Source: a virus (Duplodnaviria > Caudoviricetes). Taken from it: a stretch of 52,788 bases of DNA. The notes under the pieces are model-generated. The model was not told where the DNA came from. It searched no databases and saw nothing but the letters and a program-made list of their open reading frames with translations. This document shows positions 1-7,358 of this stretch, in pieces; position 1 is the stretch's first letter; each line of letters begins with the position of its first letter. The stretch covers positions 1 to 52,788 of the IMG/VR virus record IMGVR_UViG_3300042516_004385; one strand, 5' to 3'. The position numbers and the translations under genes are program-made.

Positions 1-1
1 A

Positions 2-115
2 GCAAAAATGCTTCACAAGCAGCTTATCAGTTGGAAGACTATTGATAAGAAAGAATATGATCTTTGGAAACAACTAAACAATAAAAAAGATGAAATCTAC
101 GGATTTGAAGATTAA
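2..115 (+). CDS. 3' end of a hypothetical protein (partial, begins before the window)
   Basis: Frame 2 is open from the window start (AKMLHKQLISWKTIDKKEYDLWKQLNNKKDEIYGFED) to TAA at 113-115 and overlaps the next ORF. Confidence 0.45.
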   Translation, partial: AKMLHKQLISWKTIDKKEYDLWKQLNNKKDEIYGFED

Positions 116-281
116 GTGCCTTGAATTGGCAGTAGCAACTAATAACAGATCAATATCAATGAGTGCCGATTCTGTAGCAACTATGCAGATGAAAGGTACA
201 CTTGTTTTGGCCCAGGAGTTTTATCAGTGGCTTACAGAAAATACAAAAGTTGAACCGGTAGAACCTGCAAGCAATGATTAA
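90..281 (+). CDS. hypothetical protein (63 aa)
   Basis: ATG after an A-rich stretch; overlaps both neighbours in a tightly packed operon. Confidence 0.65.
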   Translation: MKSTDLKIKCLELAVATNNRSISMSADSVATMQMKGTLVLAQEFYQWLTENTKVEPVEPASND

Positions 282-1092
282 GTTTATAGAAAAAGGACAT
301 ATCTACACCTCAGTTATACCTGACAACATTAAGTGGTTGGGTATAACTACTTTGGTGGGACATCTGCATGAGAAGTTCAATGCAAAGGAACAATCTATCA
401 AGTCCTCTAATAGAAAACCTACTGCAAAGTATCCAAACAAATGGTATGGTTTACCTCCTACTGAGATACAGAATGCATGGAATGCAGAGGGTCAAAGATC
501 TGTAGAGCTTGGTAGTTGGTACCATAAGATGAGGGAAGATGCTTTGTACGAGAAAGGGGCAACTAATGTGTTCCGGCCAAAAGTAGAAGATGGTATTAAG
601 TATGCACCTGATCAGGTCCTGCTTAATGGTATCTATCCTGAACATATGGTCTATCTGAAATCAGAGGGGATATGTGGTCAGTCTGACTATGTAGAGGTAA
701 GAGATGCAAAGATCTTTATCAAGGATTACAAGACATCTAAGGAGATTAAGCGTAACAGCTTTGTAAATTGGGAAGGTATAAAAAAGATGATGTTGACACC
801 GGTTAATCATCTTGAAGATTGTCACTTTTACCACTATGCTTTACAGCTATCTCTGTACATGTACGTCATGCTTAGACATAATCCTAATCTCAGCCCGGGT
901 ACACTGATCATTGAGCACGTCAAGTTTGAAATAGAAGACGAGGATAAGTACGGATACCCTATTTACAAAAAGGATGAGGCAGGAAACTTTATTGTAAAAG
1001 AGATTGAAGAGATAGAACTTCCTTATTTGAAAAAAGAAGTTCACGCAGTAATCAACTGGTTAAAAACAAATAAACAAAAATTGATCAAATGA
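274..1092 (+). CDS. PD-(D/E)XK superfamily nuclease (Cas4/lambda-exonuclease-like)
   Basis: Motifs GSWYH, PEHMVY, ICGQSD, IKDYKT and HYALQLSLY match the E...D...DxK and QxxxY motifs of this family. Confidence 0.85.
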   Translation: MIKFIEKGHIYTSVIPDNIKWLGITTLVGHLHEKFNAKEQSIKSSNRKPTAKYPNKWYGLPPTEIQNAWNAEGQRSVELGSWYHKMREDALYEKGATNVFRPKVEDGIKYAPDQVLLNGIYPEHMVYLKSEGICGQSDYVEVRDAKIFIKDYKTSKEIKRNSFVNWEGIKKMMLTPVNHLEDCHFYHYALQLSLYMYVMLRHNPNLSPGTLIIEHVKFEIEDEDKYGYPIYKKDEAGNFIVKEIEEIELPYLKKEVHAVINWLKTNKQKLIK

Positions 1093-2165
1093 AATTACAG
1101 TTTGTAGTACAGCAGAAATCAGGTATTGCTTATCATAGGATTGTTACTCCCATGGAGTTTATGAAATGGGATGAAAACGAAGAAGCAGAGATGCTATGGA
1201 TTGTTCAGGATGAGCATAAAATAGATGGAGATGTACTATTGTACAGTAAGTTTATTTGGACCCAGGTTGATCAGCTCAAAGCAATCAAAGAGAAAGGTAC
1301 TAAAATCATTGTAGACGTAGATGACTCTTGGGATCTGCCGGTGTCTCATCCTTTCTATGATATTTGGAACCAGAGAGGTAGTGCACAGAAAGTAATTGAC
1401 AATATACAAGTTGCAGATCTTGTTATCTGTACAACACTAAAGCTTCAGGAGAAAATAAGAAAGTACAATAAGAATACTGTAGTAATTCCAAATGCACTTC
1501 CTTTTGGTTATGAGAACTATGTACCAAAACCGGTACCACATGATAAGATGACTTTTATTTACGTAGGAGGTTCTTCTCATTTGGCTGACATTGAGATGTT
1601 AAGAGGGAAGTTTAAAAAGATGGGTGGGGAACCGTTTATTAAAAACAATGCAGAGTTTGTTCTGGCAGGATATGAACCAACAACAGTTCCTCGTTACCTA
1701 ACTAAAGAAGACTTTGAAAACAAAAAGCCTACAATGATACAGGTACGTGATGTGTGGGATAAGATGGCTTCAGTCTTTGCAGAAACAGGCTCATCAAGAA
1801 TACTTCCTTCTACGGATCTTGAAGAGTACATTGATTACTATGATCAGGCAGATGTTGCACTGGTACCATTACTGAATACTGATTGGAACAATCATAAGAG
1901 TGAACTTAAGATCATTGAGGCCGGCTGTAAAGGAATACCGGTAATTTGTTCAAAGGTTCTTCCTTACAGTACCCTTTATGGTAAGGAGGGTATTATGTGG
2001 GTAGAGACTCCTGATGATTGGATCAAGCATATAAGGTACTGTATCAAAAACCCTAACTTTGTAAAAGACATGGGTCAGAAGATGAGCGAATGGGTAAAAA
2101 GGGATTATGATCTTCTTAAGTGGAATGAAGTAAGGAAACAAGTAATTAAATCGGTTCTGAAATGA
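1089..2165 (+). CDS. glycosyltransferase, GT-B fold (GT4/group 1-like)
   Basis: YHRIVTP, IIVDVDD, VVIPNA, YVGGSSH, DVALVPL...NNHKSELKIIEAG..GIPVICS are typical of phage GT-B enzymes. Confidence 0.85.
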   Translation: MKLQFVVQQKSGIAYHRIVTPMEFMKWDENEEAEMLWIVQDEHKIDGDVLLYSKFIWTQVDQLKAIKEKGTKIIVDVDDSWDLPVSHPFYDIWNQRGSAQKVIDNIQVADLVICTTLKLQEKIRKYNKNTVVIPNALPFGYENYVPKPVPHDKMTFIYVGGSSHLADIEMLRGKFKKMGGEPFIKNNAEFVLAGYEPTTVPRYLTKEDFENKKPTMIQVRDVWDKMASVFAETGSSRILPSTDLEEYIDYYDQADVALVPLLNTDWNNHKSELKIIEAGCKGIPVICSKVLPYSTLYGKEGIMWVETPDDWIKHIRYCIKNPNFVKDMGQKMSEWVKRDYDLLKWNEVRKQVIKSVLK

Positions 2166-2338
2166 TAGAAGATATTATAGGAACAATGACTCCTTATATT
2201 GTAAAGGGTAAAAAATTATATGAAGAAGAGGATGTTAAAAGAGCTCTTGCAAAGATGCTCAAGATGATAACCTCTTCTGTTATAGTTAAGCCTGTAGAAC
2301 CGTCTGAACTTAACGAATACCCTGAAGTAACATGCTGA
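2162..2338 (+). CDS. small hypothetical protein (58 aa, MIEDIIGTMTPYIVKGKKLYEEEDVKRALAKMLK...)
   Basis: Read directly: ATG overlaps the upstream stop (ATGA) and the ORF fills the gap to the next gene; not in the ORF track. Confidence 0.6.
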   Translation: MIEDIIGTMTPYIVKGKKLYEEEDVKRALAKMLKMITSSVIVKPVEPSELNEYPEVTC

Positions 2339-2565
2339 GAGAAATTATAAAAATATGGCTACTAAAAAGATCATTAATAAAGCACCTTGATATTGCTGAT
2401 TATCTTTTATGGTTACGAGACAGTGTTACTCTTGACCAAGGAACTATGGAAGAAGTTATTGAAGAAAAAGACAATTTAAGACTTGAAGCTGAAGCACATA
2501 AAAGAGCAGCAAGAAGAATCCGTAAAATACTAAACAAGTACAACAATGTTAATCAATCTATTTGA
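2332..2565 (+). CDS. hypothetical protein (77 aa, helical)
   Basis: ORF overlapping both neighbours. Confidence 0.6.
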   Translation: MLREIIKIWLLKRSLIKHLDIADYLLWLRDSVTLDQGTMEEVIEEKDNLRLEAEAHKRAARRIRKILNKYNNVNQSI

Positions 2566-3094
2566 TGTTGAGGATCGTAAACTTACCCCTAGCCAGGCAT
2601 GTTATGCTATACCCTGGCTTGAGAGAATAATGACACTGTACCCTAATGATTACATACAGATCTACAAGTACATCTTCTTTACAACCTGTCCTGATGGTAC
2701 AATCAATCCTTATGTCAACCTACCTGAGGATGAGAAAGAAGACGTGGTTATGGCAGACCTGGCACCACTTAAGTTTTCTCTTGAGGATGATGTTATAGTA
2801 GATACAGTAAACAAGTGCAAGAAGCTTTACGAGACACCGGTGCTCAGAACATTCTTGGGAGCCAAGAAGATGTTGGATAAGGTGGGCCGGTTTCTGGATG
2901 ATGAAGAGATTACTACTGGTAAGGATGGTAATTCCAGTGAGATACGAGCTATGCTTAAAGAACTCTCTACCTATTGGGAGAACTACAATAAACTTGAGAA
3001 TGTTTTGAAGGAAGAACAAGCCAAAGTAAAAGGTGATCGTGTAATACCTTTCCATCAACAAGCCGGATACAAAGAAACTAAACAGTATGAGTAA
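2546..3094 (+). CDS. conserved crAss-like protein, candidate terminase small subunit
   Basis: 182 aa acidic helical protein with a C-terminal coiled coil (ITTGKDGN...LKEEQAKVKG) upstream of terL; function inferred from size and position. Confidence 0.45.
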   Translation: MLINLFDVEDRKLTPSQACYAIPWLERIMTLYPNDYIQIYKYIFFTTCPDGTINPYVNLPEDEKEDVVMADLAPLKFSLEDDVIVDTVNKCKKLYETPVLRTFLGAKKMLDKVGRFLDDEEITTGKDGNSSEIRAMLKELSTYWENYNKLENVLKEEQAKVKGDRVIPFHQQAGYKETKQYE

Positions 3095-3665
3095 TAAAAA
3101 ACCAATAGTAACATTTGTAGTCATTACCTATAAAGAACAATGGGAACCATACATGTTCATAGGGATGCTCAAATGCATGAAGAATCCTAACTGGAAAGCT
3201 ATTGTTTGGCACGATGGACCTAACCCTGAAATGAGAGCCATATTTGAAGCTTTTGGTGATGAGAGGATACAGTACATAGAAAACGAAGAGAACAAGGGTT
3301 CCTGGGGCTGTTATAATCGTATAGATGCACTGAAACTGGTAGATACAGAGTTTGTGGTACAGACTACTATCCAGGAATATTACATGCCGGTGTTTGTAGA
3401 TGTCATAGAACAATTAAGCAGTAATGATCTGATCTACTGGCCCTGTATCCACCATTCCTTCGGATACAATATCATAAATGCAGAACCTGTCCGTGGCAGA
3501 ATGGATTGGAGTAACTTTGCACTGAAGTCACACATTGCAAGAAAGGTAGGAATCAATCATCCTGATGCATACATGGCAGATGGTCTGTTTATTGAGGATG
3601 TAATGAAATCAAACCTTGTAAAGAAAAAAATAAGAGTTGAAAAAGTACTAAACATAAAGAACTGA
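3087..3665 (+). CDS. glycosyltransferase, GT-A fold (GT2-like)
   Basis: VTFVVITY, WKAIVWHDG, DERIQYIE...NKGSWGCYNR, ADGLF match the GT2 N-terminal fold. Confidence 0.8.
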   Translation: MSNKKPIVTFVVITYKEQWEPYMFIGMLKCMKNPNWKAIVWHDGPNPEMRAIFEAFGDERIQYIENEENKGSWGCYNRIDALKLVDTEFVVQTTIQEYYMPVFVDVIEQLSSNDLIYWPCIHHSFGYNIINAEPVRGRMDWSNFALKSHIARKVGINHPDAYMADGLFIEDVMKSNLVKKKIRVEKVLNIKN

Positions 3666-4402
3666 TGAAAGAAAAAATAGCCATCTGTCTTATAGTAAAA
3701 GATGAACCGGAAATGCTTCCTGAGTTTATAGATTATTATTTAAAGTTAGGGGCAGATTCTATTATTATTTACGATAATGATTCTACAGAACCGGTTGTTT
3801 CAGAAAACCCTAATGTAATAGTACATAGATGGCCGTCAGTATGGCCGGGCAATCAAACAAAGGCTTACTATGATTGTGCAGTAAAGTACAAGAATGAGTA
3901 TAAGTGGATTGCCTTTTTTGATACAGATGAATATCTGATCCTTAAAAAGCATAGTGACATTAAAGCATTTCTTGCCGATTATGATCAGTACCCGGGGGTT
4001 GGAATTAACTGGTTATGTTTTGGTTCTTCTGACATAGAAATACACAGTTCACATAAGGATTATTACAAGCACTGTAGATTTACCAATCCAATCAATACTC
4101 ATATAAAATCTATTGTGAAACCTGAAAATCTTACTATACCTGCACCTGATCCTCATTTTGTTGTAAAAGGAACTATAGATACAAATTTTAATGAAATATA
4201 TGGACCTTTCTCTGATTTTAAAAGTGATATAGCTTACATAAAACATTGCATTATGAGAACAAAAGAAAATTACATTTCTAAAATAAAAAAAGGCGATGTT
4301 AATGTTTTTCAAAAAAATGCAAACTTTAGAACAGAAAGTAAATGGGATGATCATTATCGAACTTTTAATGAGTGTCAAGATGAGAAAAAAATTTGGTTGT
4401 AA
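3665..4402 (+). CDS. glycosyltransferase, GT-A fold (GT92/GT2_4-like)
   Basis: IAICLIVKDE, IIIYDNDS, WIAFFDTDEY (DxD), INWLCFGSS, HIKSIVKP. Confidence 0.85.
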   Translation: MKEKIAICLIVKDEPEMLPEFIDYYLKLGADSIIIYDNDSTEPVVSENPNVIVHRWPSVWPGNQTKAYYDCAVKYKNEYKWIAFFDTDEYLILKKHSDIKAFLADYDQYPGVGINWLCFGSSDIEIHSSHKDYYKHCRFTNPINTHIKSIVKPENLTIPAPDPHFVVKGTIDTNFNEIYGPFSDFKSDIAYIKHCIMRTKENYISKIKKGDVNVFQKNANFRTESKWDDHYRTFNECQDEKKIWL

Positions 4403-4414
4403 AATAGACAAAAA

Positions 4415-4996
4415 ATGAAAGTAACATTTGTAGCATTGGCTTTTAATGAAGTTTTCAGTAACCGACCCTTGCTTGATTCTTTAATAATGCAAAGTAACCC
4501 AAATTGGGAGCTGATCATTTATCATAATGGTGCATCTGCAGAAATGAAATCTTGGGCAAATAGTTATAATGATCCAAGGGTAAGATACTATGAAACAGAA
4601 GTCAATAACAATAATGCTTGTTTGAACAGATTAGATGCAATAAACAATCTTGTTACTACTGAATACATAATACAAACATCTATTCAGGATTACTATCTTT
4701 CTTGGACAGTTGAACTTATTCTTAAAAGGTTATCTGAAACAAAAGCTGATTTTTGTTATTGGGATTCCATTAATCATTTATGTGGACATGCAATATTGAT
4801 TACAAAATTAGAAATGTCACATATTGATTGGGGTAACTTTTGTATTCCAATAGAGATAGCTAAACAAATAGGTATTCCTGGTATTCAACCAAGCATAAGA
4901 AGAGAAGATGATTGGTACACTGTAGAAAAAGGACTACAAATGAACCTGTTTAAAAATATAACAAAGATAAATAATGTACTTACGATTCACAACTAA
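4415..4996 (+). CDS. glycosyltransferase, GT2-like; paralog of 3087-3665
   Basis: Shares VTFV, NPNW, D.R..Y.E, NR.DA, V.TE...QT.IQ.YY, DW.NF and VL.I.N with the 3087 ORF. Confidence 0.8.
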   Translation: MKVTFVALAFNEVFSNRPLLDSLIMQSNPNWELIIYHNGASAEMKSWANSYNDPRVRYYETEVNNNNACLNRLDAINNLVTTEYIIQTSIQDYYLSWTVELILKRLSETKADFCYWDSINHLCGHAILITKLEMSHIDWGNFCIPIEIAKQIGIPGIQPSIRREDDWYTVEKGLQMNLFKNITKINNVLTIHN

Positions 4997-5019
4997 GTAG
5001 ATTATAATAAAAGTAAAAG

Positions 5020-7341
5020 ATGAGCATTCTATATAGAAACATACCGACAAGAGAAGAAGATGGTACCTGGGGCTATACTCGGTTTGAGACTAAAGAAGAG
5101 TTTAGGGATTTTGTTAAACAACTGTTTAAGAAACCGGGAAAGTATGAGTTTGATCGTGTAGCAGTTGAGGAGTTTAGCAAACATGCCAGAACATTTATAG
5201 CAAAGGGTATGTTCTGTGATGCTCCGAGAATGTCAAGAGACTACATTGATTATTGGGATAGTGAAAGGGAAAAATGTAGAAAAGGGGTTATTATAAAAGG
5301 TAGTCGGGGCCAGGTATGGTATCTTCCAAGGTTTCTGTATCATTGGTTAAACTTCCTACAGATCTACAACACTGTACATACAAAGTTTGAGTTTCCCGGC
5401 CTCAGGGATGTACAGTATCATATGGCCCTGTATGAGTTCCTGGCCGAGTTACATGGTAAGAACATAGCTATAGTTAAGAAGAGGCAGATGGCTTCTTCTT
5501 ATTTTCATATAGCCAAGCTCTACAACAAGTACATCTTTGAGGAAGGTTTTGTGGCCAAGATAGGTGCATCTGATAAAAAGTACATTGATGCTACTAACGG
5601 TTGCTGGAAGTTCCTTAACCAGTACCACAACTTTACAAACAAGCATACTGCCTGGGCATGTGGCAACTTTCCGGATAAAGTGTTTTCATGGCAGCAAAAG
5701 GTTGAGACCAAAACACCGGATGGTCGAAAGGTAGAAATCGGTACTATGGCTACCATTACCGGCATCTCTTTTGATAAGGATCCGGTATCGGGTGTAGGTG
5801 GTGCCTGTAACGAAATGTTCTACGAAGAAGGTGGGGTTGCACCAACAGCAGACATCACATATGGATATATGAAGTCAGCTATGAGACAGGGTACAAGTGT
5901 TACCGGAGTCTTTACAATAGCCGGATCCGTAGGTGATCTGTCTCAGTGTGAGCCACTTAGGGATTTTATAATGAATCCGGATGCCAATGATTTCTATTCT
6001 ATAGAAACCGATCTGATTGATGAAAACGGTACAACAGGAATTACTGCTCTCTTTATTCCGGAACAATGGAGTTTGACCGGGGAAGGAGAAACAAACTTTA
6101 CTGATGAGTTTGGTAACTCAAAAGTAGAAGAGGCTCTTGCTTATCTGAACAACGAGTTTGAAAGGATGAGAAGGGTAATGAGTGAGGAGAAGTATCAGCT
6201 TGAAGTATCACAACGGCCCCGGAACATCAGAGAGGCTTTTGCCATGAGGACAGTTTCTGTTTTCCCGGCACAGCATACAGGTAGTCAGCTCAGACGTATA
6301 GAAGAAGGTGAATATGCAATGGAGTACGTTGACCTGATCAGGAATAACAAGAATGAGATAGAGGCACTAAATTCTGACCGGAGACCGATCAGTGAGTTCC
6401 CTCTTCCCATGAAGACTGTTGACAAGAAAGGTATTGTTTGTATTCATGAACATCCTATAAAAAATGCACCTCACGGTACGTACATATGTGCAATTGACCC
6501 GGTAGAGGTTGGTAAGACAACTACATCTGCCTCACTTGCATCTATAGTTGTCTACAAGATGGACATAGAGGTAGTTAATGAAGAAGTGTTCCGTAAAGCT
6601 CCGGCCCCGGGCAAAGAAGGAGTTGAATTAGAGTGGGGCCCGATCAGTAAAAAGAAACAGGAACAAGGTAAACCAGAGGTAAAACTTACTACACACATAG
6701 AGGGTGGAAAAATTGTAGCATTCTGGTGTGGTCGTTTTGATGACCCTAATGAAACCAATGAGTACATATCAAGATTAGTTGAATACTATAATGCCAGAGC
6801 ATTGTGTGAAAACAACAAGCCGGGTTTCATCAACTACATGAGATCCAAAAAACGTCAGAAGTATCTGGTCTTTAGGGATGAGATGATTTTTGACAAAGAG
6901 CTTGATATTAAACTTAGTGGTAATGAAAGGTACGGTATTACCATGACACCCAGGCTTTGGAAGGTTCTTTTGGAGTATGCTGTCAACTCTTTATCAGAAG
7001 TAATGTATGAGGAAAGAGATCAGGAAGGAAATGTTACCCGGATACATTATGGTGTAGAAAGAATAACGGACCCTATGATCTTAAAGGAGATGCAGCTTTA
7101 CCAACCTGGTATGAACGCTGACCGACTTATCTCTTATGCACTACTTATGACCTTTGTAAAGATCCTTCAGGCTTCAGGTAGAATGAGAAAGAAAATCGAA
7201 AGATCAGATGATAAATTGGAAAATCCGTCAAAATTTGTTACATTTAAAGGGGCAGATAGACCATTATTTCAAAATATTGGTAGGGCCGGCAATGGTAACA
7301 TGTTAAGGGCCAATAGAAACCCATTTAAAAATATTAGATAA
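5020..7341 (+). CDS. terL: terminase large subunit
   Basis: Walker A-like IVKKRQMASSY, Walker B MFYEEGG, coupling motif IAGSVG, nuclease YICAIDP, LCENN, NADRL; directly upstream of the portal gene. Confidence 0.93.
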   Translation: MSILYRNIPTREEDGTWGYTRFETKEEFRDFVKQLFKKPGKYEFDRVAVEEFSKHARTFIAKGMFCDAPRMSRDYIDYWDSEREKCRKGVIIKGSRGQVWYLPRFLYHWLNFLQIYNTVHTKFEFPGLRDVQYHMALYEFLAELHGKNIAIVKKRQMASSYFHIAKLYNKYIFEEGFVAKIGASDKKYIDATNGCWKFLNQYHNFTNKHTAWACGNFPDKVFSWQQKVETKTPDGRKVEIGTMATITGISFDKDPVSGVGGACNEMFYEEGGVAPTADITYGYMKSAMRQGTSVTGVFTIAGSVGDLSQCEPLRDFIMNPDANDFYSIETDLIDENGTTGITALFIPEQWSLTGEGETNFTDEFGNSKVEEALAYLNNEFERMRRVMSEEKYQLEVSQRPRNIREAFAMRTVSVFPAQHTGSQLRRIEEGEYAMEYVDLIRNNKNEIEALNSDRRPISEFPLPMKTVDKKGIVCIHEHPIKNAPHGTYICAIDPVEVGKTTTSASLASIVVYKMDIEVVNEEVFRKAPAPGKEGVELEWGPISKKKQEQGKPEVKLTTHIEGGKIVAFWCGRFDDPNETNEYISRLVEYYNARALCENNKPGFINYMRSKKRQKYLVFRDEMIFDKELDIKLSGNERYGITMTPRLWKVLLEYAVNSLSEVMYEERDQEGNVTRIHYGVERITDPMILKEMQLYQPGMNADRLISYALLMTFVKILQASGRMRKKIERSDDKLENPSKFVTFKGADRPLFQNIGRAGNGNMLRANRNPFKNIR
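7215..7246 (+). promoter_or_regulatory. candidate promoter for the portal gene, inside the terL 3' end
   Basis: ATTG-N20-TACATTTA, matching the motif seen at intergenic sites. Confidence 0.35.
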
Positions 7342-7358
7342 GATAAAGTTATTCGTAT

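Noticed and set aside
274-1092. Cas4 of a CRISPR system
   Set aside because: No repeat-spacer array or other cas genes seen, and the four-Cys Fe-S pattern is missing; treated as a stand-alone PD-(D/E)XK nuclease
5020-7341. Intein or group I intron in terL
   Set aside because: ORF is continuous; no C/S...HN intein termini or LAGLIDADG motifs; the extra segment is only about 45 aa
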